Assembly: GCA_020637395.1 (NCBI GenBank) | Contig: JACJWA010000001.1 | Location: 1,110,078 to 1,174,077, forward strand | DNA length: 64,000 nucleotides | Direction: 5' to 3' | DNA from: Calditrichota bacterium | GTDB taxonomy: Bacteria > Electryoneota > RPQS01 | Shown here: positions 33,382 to 42,779 of the stretch, piece by piece | How the letters are laid out: every line of letters starts with the position of its first letter | How positions within the stretch are numbered: position 1 is the stretch's first letter | Notes under the pieces: model-generated | What the model saw: only the letters and a program-made list of their open reading frames with translations | What the model was told of the DNA's origin: nothing | Database searches by the model: none | Made by a program: the position numbers and the translations under genes

Positions 33382-33455
33382 GCCCCCGTAGCTCAGTGGA
33401 TAGAGCACCGGCCTCCGGAGCCGGGAGCATGGGTTCGAGTCCCGTCGGGGGCGCA
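33382..33455 (+). tRNA. tRNA-Arg (anticodon CCG)
   Basis: Cloverleaf folded by hand: acceptor GCCCCCG/CGGGGGC, D-arm GCTC/GAGC, anticodon stem CCGGC/GCCGG with loop CTCCGGA, T-arm ATGGG-TTCGAGT-CCCGT. Confidence 0.85.
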
Positions 33456-33464
33456 GGAAATACT

Positions 33465-33797
33465 ATGTCAACAGAAGAATCACCCAAAGCTTCCTACGAG
33501 TTGGATGAGTTGAGCGAGGACGAAAAACTCCTTGCCGTGCTCGCGTACATTCCTTTTGTCTGCTTTGTCCCCTTTTTCAAGCGTGGCGAATCCGCGTTTG
33601 TCCACGGACACGTTAGACTGGGCATGGCTCTATTCTTCATTGAGGTCCTTGCTCTGCTGCTGCGCTTTAGATTCATCTGGGACCTTGTCCTGTTTTGCTG
33701 TATCATCGTTGCCGGACTGGGAATCTACAATGTGTTCAAAGGACGTGGTTTCTTTGTTCCGTTTCTTTCCGACATGTTCACCCGAAAATTCGATTGA
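33465..33797 (+). CDS. Small membrane protein
   Basis: Start trimmed to the ATG just past the tRNA, because the ORF-track start overlaps the tRNA. Two or three TM helices. Confidence 0.45.
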   Translation: MSTEESPKASYELDELSEDEKLLAVLAYIPFVCFVPFFKRGESAFVHGHVRLGMALFFIEVLALLLRFRFIWDLVLFCCIIVAGLGIYNVFKGRGFFVPFLSDMFTRKFD

Positions 33798-33827
33798 TCT
33801 TCGATTCAATACCCGTGGAGCCCACGC

Positions 33828-35099
33828 TTGAGATTATCTGAGAAAGCGGCGCAGTTTCAGACTGCAAAGCAAGTCATGGCCCAAGGCATCTATCCCTATT
33901 TCCGTGCGATTGAGACGGATCAAGATGCTGTGGTCAAGATTGACGGCCGTGATATTCTCATGCTCGGTTCCAACAACTACCTTGGTCTGACTAATCATCC
34001 CAAGGTCAAAGAAGCTGCCATAGATGCTGTGCGCCGATTTGGTGCAGGCTGCGCAGGCTCGCGCTTCTTAAACGGTACGCTGAGTATTCACAAGGAATGC
34101 GAAGACAGACTGGCGGAGTTCCTGCACAAGGAGTCTGTGCTGCTGTTCACGACCGGGTATCAGGCCAACGTCGGGACCATCGCCACTCTGGTCGAACGGA
34201 ACACGTGGATCATCGCGGATGCGCTGTCGCATGCTTCAATCATTGACGCCGCACGGCTCTCCTTTGGCCGGGTCGCCAAGTTCAAACATAATGACTTGCA
34301 GGATCTGGAGCGGCTGCTTCAGGTTCATCAGGGTCGGGATGTAATGGTCGTCACGGAGGGCGTCTTTTCGATGGAGGGAGATACCGCCGACCTTCCTGAG
34401 ATCGTCAAGCTCTGTCAGAAGTACGATGTAGATCTCCTGCTTGACGATGCTCATGGCGTGGGAGTCTATGGTTCACATGGAGAAGGAACAGCAGGCCACT
34501 TCGGTCTCAATGACGAAACAGACATCATAGTTGGAACTTTTTCCAAGTCCCTGGCGGCAATCGGCGGATTTGTCGCCGCGTCGGAAGAGATCGTCCATTT
34601 CTTGAAACATCATGCGCGCGCGTTGATCTTCTCAGCAAGTCCGCCGCCCGCGACAGTCGGCGCAGTACTTGCCGCCCTTAAGATTATCGTCGAAGAACCT
34701 GAACGCCGCGAGCTTCTTTGGCGAAATGCCGAGTATCTGCGAGACGGCCTCAAATCTCTTGGTTTGGACACGGGACACAGCAATTCTCCGATTATTCCGG
34801 TCGTCGTAGGAGACGCGACCAGCGCATTTCAAGTGTGCAAGATGATGCAGGACGAAGGTGTCTTCATCAATCCGGTCATTCCGCCTGCTGTTCAACCCGG
34901 CCAGTCCCTGATCCGCTTTTCGGTGATGTCCACTCATACCACCGACCAGCTCGATTTCGCCTTGGACAAGATTGGAAAAATCTCAAAGCTCATCCCCTTT
35001 CGCGCAGAGGCAAGTCATCCGCATTCGAGTCCAAACGGTATCAGACCCGAAAGCTCTGAAGAAGTTCCTTCGCTTCCCCTGGAAAATCCAGGCCGCTGA
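33828..35099 (+). CDS. Alpha-oxoamine synthase (BioF/Kbl/serine palmitoyltransferase family) with C-terminal extension
   Basis: PLP-lysine motif GTFSKSLAAIGGF. Family-typical length plus a ~40-aa tail. Confidence 0.8.
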   Translation: MRLSEKAAQFQTAKQVMAQGIYPYFRAIETDQDAVVKIDGRDILMLGSNNYLGLTNHPKVKEAAIDAVRRFGAGCAGSRFLNGTLSIHKECEDRLAEFLHKESVLLFTTGYQANVGTIATLVERNTWIIADALSHASIIDAARLSFGRVAKFKHNDLQDLERLLQVHQGRDVMVVTEGVFSMEGDTADLPEIVKLCQKYDVDLLLDDAHGVGVYGSHGEGTAGHFGLNDETDIIVGTFSKSLAAIGGFVAASEEIVHFLKHHARALIFSASPPPATVGAVLAALKIIVEEPERRELLWRNAEYLRDGLKSLGLDTGHSNSPIIPVVVGDATSAFQVCKMMQDEGVFINPVIPPAVQPGQSLIRFSVMSTHTTDQLDFALDKIGKISKLIPFRAEASHPHSSPNGIRPESSEEVPSLPLENPGR

Positions 35100-36132
35100 T
35101 CCCGCATGGGTTCCGCCGCTGCTGTTTGATCAGCGGCAGCTCTTCTCGCCCAAGCATCCGTTTCATCAGCACGCCGAAGTCGAACATTTCCTTGCATTCG
35201 ATGAGCATGACGTTGTTCGTGGTAGAATCAGCGCCATCGTCAACCACGCGCACAATCGCTTCTGGAGCGATAAGGTTGGATTCTTCGGCTTCCTTGAATT
35301 GGAAGATGATCCGATTGTGGCAGAGGCGCTGCTTGGCGCTGCGCAGAACTTTCTTAAGAATCGGGGCCTCGAAGTGATGCGAGGCCCGATGAATTTCTCG
35401 ACCAACGAAGAGTGCGGTCTGCTGGTGGACGGGTTCGAGACTCCGCCCGCCGTTATGATGACGCACAACCCGCGTTACTACGCAAGACTTCTGGAATCGC
35501 AAGGACTCGTCAAGGCAAAAGACCTGCTTGCGTATCAAATGTTCGAGGGTGAGCTGACGGACCGTGTTCGAGAGTTCGGCAGGAAACTCGAGGATAAGCT
35601 CGATATTCGATTTCGAGAACTCAATCCCAAGGACTTCAAAGGCGAGATCGAACGCTTCAAGAAAGTGTACAATTCTGCGTGGGAAGAAAACTGGGGCTTC
35701 GTCCCCATGACCGACGCGGAGATTGACGTGATGGCCGCGAGCCTAAAGATGGTGCTGGACCCCCGGCTGATTCAGTTTGCAGAGACTCCCAACGGTGAAA
35801 CCGCGGGATTCATTCTCGGTCTGCCTGACCTGAATGTTATCCTAAGCAAACTGAACGGCAAGCTCTTTCCATTCGGAATATTCCGTTTACTGGCAGGGAA
35901 GCACAAAGTTGGAAGGGCGCGTGTACTGGCCATGGGAGTTCTGCCGGAGTATCGCAAGAAGGGCATTGATACGGTCTTGTATCTGCGGGCTTATGAAGCA
36001 GGGACGAAAGCAGGCTACAAGTGGGGAGAGTTCTCTTGGGTTCTTGCGGACAATCAACTAATGACCAAGGCCGCGGAATCCATGGGTTCAAAGGCGTACA
36101 AGACCTGGCGAATCTACGATAAGGCAATTTGA
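34972..36132 (+). CDS. GNAT-fold N-acyltransferase (386 aa)
   Basis: C-terminal GNAT motif A EYRKKGIDTVLY. The only ATG upstream of the conserved N-terminal region is at 34972, giving a 128-nt overlap with the upstream gene. Confidence 0.5.
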   Translation: MEKSQSSSPFAQRQVIRIRVQTVSDPKALKKFLRFPWKIQAADPAWVPPLLFDQRQLFSPKHPFHQHAEVEHFLAFDEHDVVRGRISAIVNHAHNRFWSDKVGFFGFLELEDDPIVAEALLGAAQNFLKNRGLEVMRGPMNFSTNEECGLLVDGFETPPAVMMTHNPRYYARLLESQGLVKAKDLLAYQMFEGELTDRVREFGRKLEDKLDIRFRELNPKDFKGEIERFKKVYNSAWEENWGFVPMTDAEIDVMAASLKMVLDPRLIQFAETPNGETAGFILGLPDLNVILSKLNGKLFPFGIFRLLAGKHKVGRARVLAMGVLPEYRKKGIDTVLYLRAYEAGTKAGYKWGEFSWVLADNQLMTKAAESMGSKAYKTWRIYDKAI

Positions 36133-36138
36133 AAAAGC

Positions 36139-37683
36139 ATGTTCTCCGATGTTACAACTGCTGCACTGTTGGGCGTGGATGCTTACCGCGTCCGCGCAGA
36201 GTGCCATCTGGAGAACACCAGCGCTGATTTTATTGTCGTCGGATTGCCGGACAATGCGGTGAAAGAAGCGCGCGAGCGTGTCGCCGCAGCTATCAAGAAT
36301 TCCGGCTATGCAATGCCGCAGCGCAAGATCACCATAAATCTTGCTCCAGCGAATATTCGCAAAGAAGGCAGCGGCTATGATTTGCCAATTGCATTTGGTA
36401 TCCTCGCCGCATCCGGTCAACTTGCTCCGGGCGCAACTGACGAGACCGCGTTAGCCGGTGAGCTTGCCTTGGACGGGCACGTTCGCCCCGTGCGCGGAAT
36501 GCTTCCGATTTCCAGCGCCTTGAAGCGCGAAGGATTCAAGCGGTTAATCGTTCCCGAAGCGAATGCCCAGGAAGCTGCGCTGATCCCCGGCATAGATGTT
36601 CATCCGGTTGCGTCGCTTCGCGACGCCGTGGATTTCGTCAACGGGCTTGTCCCCATTCCGCGCTTCACTGTGGATCATCAGAACCTGTTTGATTCCGCGC
36701 GAGAACCCGTGGGCGATTTCAGTGACGTCCGCGGTCAGAGTTCTGTCAAGCGCGCACTTGAAGTCGCCGCCGCAGGTGCGCACAATGTGCTAATGATTGG
36801 TCCACCGGGCTCGGGCAAGACGATGCTGGCCAAGAGGCTGCCAGGAATTCTTCCCGAGTTCAGTCTGGACGAGGCACTTGAGACTACGCGTGTTCATTCG
36901 GTTGCTGGTCTCTTGCGAAATGGTCAAGCAATCGTGGCCAATCGTCCATTCCGTTCTCCGCATCACACTGTTTCTGATGCAGGATTGATTGGCGGCGGCA
37001 TGATCCCTCGTCCGGGAGAGGTTTCACTTGCTCACAACGGCGTGCTGTTTCTTGACGAGCTGCCTGAGTTTCACAAGAACGTGCTGGAAGTCTTGCGTCA
37101 GCCGCTTGAAGACGGAATCGTCACTCTGTCTCGCGCTGCCGTGACCCTTTCTTATCCTGCGCAGTTCATGTTGATTGCCGCCATGAATCCGTGCCCCTGC
37201 GGCTTTGCCACGGACCCGGATCGCGAGTGCAAGTGCACTCCCGAGCAGGTTCGGCGTTATGTCGCAAAGATTTCCGGCCCGCTGCTGGACCGAATTGATC
37301 TGCATGTGGAGGTCCCGAGAGTTTCTTGGAATGATCTCTCTTCGTCCGCTGAGATAGATGAAACACACTTTGTGCGTGATCGCGTAGAACTGGCGCGCCG
37401 CAGACAGCGTGAACGATTCGAAAAACATCGGCCGGGTCTCTATTCAAATTCCCAAATGAGCAACAAGGATATCGAGCAGTTTGCGCCGATTGATGCGCAC
37501 AGCCTCGAGTTGCTGCGGCAGGTTGTTGAGACCATGGGACTTTCCGCTCGGGCCTATCATCGTATTCGCAAGGTCGCCCGCACGATTGCCGACATCGAGG
37601 GCTTTGACGAGATTCAACTCTCACATGTCACCGAAGCGGTACAATACCGATCTCTGGACAGGTTGGGAGAGTTTGTCGCGTGA
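36139..37683 (+). CDS. YifB/ComM Mg-chelatase-like AAA+ ATPase
   Basis: N-terminal Lon-protease-like domain, Walker A GPPGSGKT, MCM-like arginine finger region and C-terminal domain. Confidence 0.85.
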   Translation: MFSDVTTAALLGVDAYRVRAECHLENTSADFIVVGLPDNAVKEARERVAAAIKNSGYAMPQRKITINLAPANIRKEGSGYDLPIAFGILAASGQLAPGATDETALAGELALDGHVRPVRGMLPISSALKREGFKRLIVPEANAQEAALIPGIDVHPVASLRDAVDFVNGLVPIPRFTVDHQNLFDSAREPVGDFSDVRGQSSVKRALEVAAAGAHNVLMIGPPGSGKTMLAKRLPGILPEFSLDEALETTRVHSVAGLLRNGQAIVANRPFRSPHHTVSDAGLIGGGMIPRPGEVSLAHNGVLFLDELPEFHKNVLEVLRQPLEDGIVTLSRAAVTLSYPAQFMLIAAMNPCPCGFATDPDRECKCTPEQVRRYVAKISGPLLDRIDLHVEVPRVSWNDLSSSAEIDETHFVRDRVELARRRQRERFEKHRPGLYSNSQMSNKDIEQFAPIDAHSLELLRQVVETMGLSARAYHRIRKVARTIADIEGFDEIQLSHVTEAVQYRSLDRLGEFVA

Positions 37684-39281
37684 GCACTAGTCTCGGGTTT
37701 GAGTCGTTTGATGCGTCGAAGTGGGCAGCCGACCAGATCGCTTCAGTCCGCAATCGCACCGTGCTTGTTGCCGATGGTCGTGAGATTTCCGGCGATGAAT
37801 TGGCAAAGAGTTGTGAGGTGTGGAGAAGCAGTCTGCTCGCCGCGCGGATCGAACCCGGAGCGGTAGTTGCGATTGCCGCTGAACGTTCGCCCGATGCCGT
37901 TGCTCTTTTTCTGTCTTGCTTGCAGTGCGGCGCATTGCCGTTCTTTGTGGATCCGCGTCAAGACCAGAATGACTTGTACAAGCTCCTGGATGCAGTGAGA
38001 ATTCAAGGAATCTGGTGCGGTACGACATTGGATAGGGAGGGCATTGCCGCACGATTGCCCTACCTTCGCTGGAAAGGCGAGTGTGAAGGGCAGGGAGGAA
38101 CACTTGACAGCACGACGCCGTCCGTCGAACAGGCCTCAGCATTTGTGCTGCATTCCGCTGGCACTTGTTCATTGCCGCGCGCTCTGTTTCATTCTGGTGC
38201 CGCAATTGCATGGCAGGCGAAAGCCCTGATTTCCCAGTTGCGTTTGCGTGCGAGTCTTGAAGTTTGGTTCACGGGAACTCTCGCTTCTCCTGCTGTTCTG
38301 TCCCTTGGGGTGTTCACCGTTCTTAGCTGCGGTGGGACACTGGTTCTTGATGAACCTGACTCGCATCTTGCCTCTGCAAGTACGTCGCCGGGCCAACGCA
38401 TCCTGATACTTGCCGAAGCAAAAGATGAGCAGTCGTGGAATGCCGAGAATCTTCTGAAAATCAAAGGGCGGGTGAATGCTGTCCTACACACCGACGCGCG
38501 ACTAAGCGAGGAGTTTCATGAACGACTCTCGCGTGCGACGGATGCAAGTGTTTGGACAGGGTCCTATGCTGCTGAAACCGCAGGATTCTATGCGCTGAAC
38601 ACGCTCCCCGGTGTCTGGCCATTTGAGTCAGCGGGCAGACCAATTGGAGGAGCGAGCTTCAGGATCTTTGGAACTGATGGCAGACCAGTATTGTGCAATG
38701 AAATAGGACGACTGGCTGTTTCAGGCACGCCTCAACCGCAGAAGACTGTCTCTCTTTCATTCAAGTCTACTGTGGCGAAAAGTGCGGAAGACAGCTGGTG
38801 GTGGGTGGGAGACTGGGCAAGAATGGATGCTCATGATTTCTTACACCTCGAAGGATGCGAAGGTGCCGTCTTTGAAAAGGGCGGATTCACTGTAGTCTCA
38901 AGCGAGATCGAGGACGCTCTTATTCGGATCGAAGGCATTGCGGACGCAGTTGCATTTGCACAACCCGACGAGGACCTTGATTGCGAGGTGTCCGCATGCA
39001 TAGTTCCTTCTGACGGGATGATAGATGCTCAGCAAATTCCTTTGAAACTGCTTGGTGCTTTGGTTCGTTTTAAGATTCCGCGTACGCTCTCCATTGAGCC
39101 GAACGGGCTCCTACGTACTCCTTCGGGCAAGCTGGTACGGCATGGCTCTAACCTTGCCGCGAATCAGGTTTCGCAACTCAAGCCCTTACCTGAAGTTAAG
39201 ACTCCGGTGAGCGGCCCGAAAGTTGCCTCAAAGTCCGAAGCGGACTCGGTGGACGAGTCTCTGCCCGCAGAAGACCTCTGA
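37680..39281 (+). CDS. Divergent AMP-binding (acyl-CoA/acyl-ACP synthetase-like) enzyme
   Basis: GTGA overlap with the upstream gene. Degenerate motif I (HSAGTCSLPRA). GDWARMD...G...EIE motif. C-terminal PSGKLVR. Confidence 0.5.
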   Translation: MSTSLGFESFDASKWAADQIASVRNRTVLVADGREISGDELAKSCEVWRSSLLAARIEPGAVVAIAAERSPDAVALFLSCLQCGALPFFVDPRQDQNDLYKLLDAVRIQGIWCGTTLDREGIAARLPYLRWKGECEGQGGTLDSTTPSVEQASAFVLHSAGTCSLPRALFHSGAAIAWQAKALISQLRLRASLEVWFTGTLASPAVLSLGVFTVLSCGGTLVLDEPDSHLASASTSPGQRILILAEAKDEQSWNAENLLKIKGRVNAVLHTDARLSEEFHERLSRATDASVWTGSYAAETAGFYALNTLPGVWPFESAGRPIGGASFRIFGTDGRPVLCNEIGRLAVSGTPQPQKTVSLSFKSTVAKSAEDSWWWVGDWARMDAHDFLHLEGCEGAVFEKGGFTVVSSEIEDALIRIEGIADAVAFAQPDEDLDCEVSACIVPSDGMIDAQQIPLKLLGALVRFKIPRTLSIEPNGLLRTPSGKLVRHGSNLAANQVSQLKPLPEVKTPVSGPKVASKSEADSVDESLPAEDL

Positions 39282-39300
39282 TCTATTTCTTGGAGTTGTC

Positions 39301-39882
39301 ATGATAAGCGTTGAAGTAATCGGAATCTCGGTTTGCCCCCCGTACCAGGGATACGTTGTTATCCTGAAGGAGAAAGAGGGTGAACGATGGCTCCCTATCT
39401 TCATTGGCGCTGCAGAGGCGCAAAGTATTTCGCTCTTGCTGCAAGGTCTGGAGTATGCCCGCCCAATGACCTATGATCTGTTTGCCGCAATCCTGGAAGA
39501 AGGTGGTGTATCTGTGAATTCCACCACTATTTGCGACTTGAAAGACAACACCTTCTACGCCGAAGTTGAGCTCCAGATTACAGGTGATGAGATCCGGAGA
39601 ATTGATGCCCGTCCTTCTGACGCCATCGCGCTTGCTTTGAAAAGCAAAGCGCCAATCCAAGTGGCCAATAAAGTCATGGATAGTGCGGCGGTCAGCAACG
39701 AGCCTGTGAATCGCTCAATCGTCGAACAAATCGCCTACTTGCACCAGAAACTCAAGGAATATGTCGAGGTGGAGGCCTATGAGGAGGCCGCCAAAATCAG
39801 AGATCACATTCGCTCTCTGGAAACCCGGCTGTCCGAGCATGAACCCCAAGGATCGGACGGTCCTACGGAAGGCAAGGCATAG
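39301..39882 (+). CDS. Bifunctional-nuclease (DUF151) domain protein with C-terminal UVR motif
   Basis: VIGISVC...VVILKE...WLPIFIG core. EAAKIRDHIRSLE UvrB/C-like helix. Start trimmed to an ATG with a GGAG Shine-Dalgarno. Confidence 0.6.
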   Translation: MISVEVIGISVCPPYQGYVVILKEKEGERWLPIFIGAAEAQSISLLLQGLEYARPMTYDLFAAILEEGGVSVNSTTICDLKDNTFYAEVELQITGDEIRRIDARPSDAIALALKSKAPIQVANKVMDSAAVSNEPVNRSIVEQIAYLHQKLKEYVEVEAYEEAAKIRDHIRSLETRLSEHEPQGSDGPTEGKA

Positions 39883-39965
39883 CCGATTCGCTCGTTTTCT
39901 TCTTTCTCCTGTTTATTAACGACTTAAACATTTTTTGCCCTTTCTTTGAGCGCCTTCGCTCTGGC

Positions 39966-39994
39966 TTGATATATTAGCAAAGTCTTGTTATCTT
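39966..39994 (+). promoter_or_regulatory. Sigma70-like promoter (TTGATA-N17-TATCTT) for the yceD-rpmF-plsX-fab operon
   Basis: Read directly from the 134-nt AT-rich intergenic region upstream of yceD. Confidence 0.35.
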
Positions 39995-40015
39995 TACGAC
40001 TTCAGGAATCCTGAC

Positions 40016-40474
40016 GTGAAAATCCACCTACCCACCTACGGGCAAGGCGTCCACGAAATCAATCAGGATTTGGAGGCCGCTGAGCTTGAGCTCGATCCGG
40101 CGATCTTTGAGCAGGCCGTGCATGCCGCTCTGAGACTGGACCGGCATGATCCTTACTTTGAGTTCCGAATTCATCTGACTGCAATTGCTCATGCAGAATG
40201 TGATCGTTGTCTCGAGGGCTTTCAGTTGCCGTTGGAAGTTCGCGCGCCCTTGCTGTTCGTCGCGGGCCATCCCCCAAAGGGCGATGACGTGGACGACACG
40301 GATATTGTCTATTTCAAGGCAGGCACAACGGAACTCGATTTGAGTCACGATTTCCGTGACCTTTTGATTCTCGCATATTCCGGAAAGCATCTCTGCGACG
40401 AGAACTGCAAGGGGCTCTGCCCCAACTGCGGCGCAAATCTCAATGAGCATTTCTGCGAGTGTGCGCCTAACTGA
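40016..40474 (+). CDS. yceD: YceD/DUF177 ribosomal-protein-L32-associated protein
   Basis: C-x2-C...C-x2-C pattern. Position upstream of rpmF-plsX. Confidence 0.7.
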   Translation: MKIHLPTYGQGVHEINQDLEAAELELDPAIFEQAVHAALRLDRHDPYFEFRIHLTAIAHAECDRCLEGFQLPLEVRAPLLFVAGHPPKGDDVDDTDIVYFKAGTTELDLSHDFRDLLILAYSGKHLCDENCKGLCPNCGANLNEHFCECAPN

Positions 40475-40502
40475 TTCCTATTCACAACCAACATAACACA
40501 TC

Positions 40503-40685
40503 ATGCCAGTACCCAAAAGACGAACCGGCAAGTCGCGACGCGACCGTCGCCGGGCTAACTACAACTTGAACGGACCGGCCCTTGCCACCTGTCCTAACTG
40601 CAAAGCGACCATCGCGCCGCACCGTGTTTGCGGTTCGTGCGGATACTACAACGGCCGCTTTGTCATTCAAGTTAAGGCAAGGTAG
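40503..40685 (+). CDS. rpmF: 50S ribosomal protein L32
   Basis: MPVPKRRTGKSRRDRRR, zinc-ribbon form with four Cys. Confidence 0.9.
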   Translation: MPVPKRRTGKSRRDRRRANYNLNGPALATCPNCKATIAPHRVCGSCGYYNGRFVIQVKAR

Positions 40686-40705
40686 AGTCAAATATCGTCT
40701 CGTCC

Positions 40706-41773
40706 ATGGTCATAGCCCTGGATGCAATGGGAGGCGATCACTTCCCTCATGTACCCGTTGAGGCGGCCTGTCAGGCACTCCGTGAATGGAATGACCTGCA
40801 TGTTGCCCTCTTTGGACCAGAGGAAAGCCTGCGATCTGAGTTGAAACGCTTGGATGCGAGCGACATCATGGATCGCATTCTGATCGAGCACAGCGCGGAA
40901 GTCATCGAGATGACTGATTCGCCGGGTAAGGTCGTGAGGTCGAAACCGGATGCGTCTCTCTTGCGCGCGATTGACATGCATCAATCAGGTGCAGCGCAAG
41001 CCGTTGTCTCGGCTGGCCACACCGGCGTGCAGATGGCCGCAAGCTACATGAAACTCGGTCTGATCAAGGGAGTGCGACGCCCCACGATTGGCGGACTTTT
41101 CCCCAAGGGAGACGGCAAGTTCGCCATTCTTCTCGATGTCGGCGCGAACACGGACTGCAAGCCAATTAACCTCCTGCAATTTGCCGTCATGGGCTCTGTG
41201 TATATGGAGCTACTGACTGGCACCAAGAATCCCAGAATTGCTCTGATCTCAATCGGTGAAGAACGAACCAAGGGCAACGAACTCGTTCTCGCAACGCACT
41301 ATCTGCTCGAACAGAGCGGCCTGAACTTTGTCGGAAACGTGGAGGGCCGGGATCTCCTGTCTGATAAGGCCGATGTCATGGTCTGTGACGGTTTTGTCGG
41401 AAATGTCATTCTAAAACTCAGCGAATCGCTGTTTCATGCCTTCATGAGCAGAGTAGCCGTTTCCGATGGCAATGGCCCGACACCTGCGGTGCTTGGCAAG
41501 ATGGCCAAGGAGTTTGATTACTCTGAAATCGGCGGCGTGCCGCTGCTTGGAGTCAATGGAGTCTCCATCATCTGTCATGGAGGATCTCCCGCCAAGGCGA
41601 TCAAAAACGCGATCGGGGAGGCGCGCCGACTGGTTCAGAAAAACCTGCCGTCCGCCCTCAGTGAAGGTGTTGATCAATACGATGCCAGTATGCTGGCGCG
41701 CGGTATGGCCATGTACAAGGGCCGTAAGGAAAAGCGTGACGAGCTGGAGGTAGAGGAGACAGACGATGAGTAA
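40706..41773 (+). CDS. plsX: Phosphate acyltransferase
   Basis: IALDAMGGDH N-terminal signature. 355 aa. Confidence 0.9.
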   Translation: MVIALDAMGGDHFPHVPVEAACQALREWNDLHVALFGPEESLRSELKRLDASDIMDRILIEHSAEVIEMTDSPGKVVRSKPDASLLRAIDMHQSGAAQAVVSAGHTGVQMAASYMKLGLIKGVRRPTIGGLFPKGDGKFAILLDVGANTDCKPINLLQFAVMGSVYMELLTGTKNPRIALISIGEERTKGNELVLATHYLLEQSGLNFVGNVEGRDLLSDKADVMVCDGFVGNVILKLSESLFHAFMSRVAVSDGNGPTPAVLGKMAKEFDYSEIGGVPLLGVNGVSIICHGGSPAKAIKNAIGEARRLVQKNLPSALSEGVDQYDASMLARGMAMYKGRKEKRDELEVEETDDE

Positions 41774-42758
41774 GGGCGTGAAACCCGTTTCGAGGATTGT
41801 GGGTCTTGGTGTCAGCTATCCTGATAACATCATGACCAATCAGGACCTCGAGAAGATCGTCGAAACCAATGACGAGTGGATCACTACTCGCACAGGGATC
41901 AAGGAACGCCATCTCGTCAAACGCGGCGAGCGTACGTCCGACTTCTGTATTCGCGCCGCGCGCGAAGCATTGGCCGAAGCTGGTATTGCAGCGGAGGAGC
42001 TCGATGCCATTATCCTTGGTACAATCTCCGGCGACCTGAGATTTCCGGCCACTGCGACGCTCATTCAAGAAGCGATTGGCGCGAAGAATGCTGCGGCCTG
42101 GGACATCAGCGCGACGTGCAGCGGTTTCATGTTCTCCCTGTACAGTGCCGATACTCTGATTGCCGCGAACCGCGCGAAGAATGTCCTGGTGCTCGGCGCG
42201 GAACTTCTCACGCCAATCACCGACTGGTCCGATCGCGGCACTTGCGTCTTGTTCGGGGATGCTGCCGGTGCTGCCGTCGTTACACGTGCCACGGATGACC
42301 GTGGTGTGTTGTCCGTGGTCATCGGCTCGAACGGCTCATACACCGATCTACTCTATTGCGTTGGCCACGGAACCTCTTCCAAAGGTGAACTTGCAGCACT
42401 AAACGGCGAGCGGGTCATTCACATGAACGGCAACGAAGTCTTTCGGCATGCCGTTCGAATGCTCGAACGAACCGCAAAAGAAGCCGTGGAAAAGGCTGGA
42501 CTTGATCCGGCGGACGTGGACTGGCTGATTCCCCATCAGGCCAACACTCGCATTATCGCCGCAACTGCGGAACGCTTGGGTCTGCCGATGGAAAAAGTCT
42601 TCCTGAATATTCACAAGTACGGCAATACGTCCTCTGCGTCAGTACCTTTGGCCATGTATGAGGCGCGCAAAGAAGGCGCTCTGCGTGACGGCCAAGTAAT
42701 GTTATCCGTCGTGTTTGGCGGCGGTTTCACTTGGGGCGGCGCCGTCATCCGCTTCTAA
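41766..42758 (+). CDS. fabH: 3-oxoacyl-ACP synthase III
   Basis: Active-site Cys context ATCSGF, His/Asn region, C-terminal GGGFTWG. Confidence 0.9.
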   Translation: MSKGVKPVSRIVGLGVSYPDNIMTNQDLEKIVETNDEWITTRTGIKERHLVKRGERTSDFCIRAAREALAEAGIAAEELDAIILGTISGDLRFPATATLIQEAIGAKNAAAWDISATCSGFMFSLYSADTLIAANRAKNVLVLGAELLTPITDWSDRGTCVLFGDAAGAAVVTRATDDRGVLSVVIGSNGSYTDLLYCVGHGTSSKGELAALNGERVIHMNGNEVFRHAVRMLERTAKEAVEKAGLDPADVDWLIPHQANTRIIAATAERLGLPMEKVFLNIHKYGNTSSASVPLAMYEARKEGALRDGQVMLSVVFGGGFTWGGAVIRF

Positions 42759-42779
42759 TTCCTGCTTGCTGCTTACATC

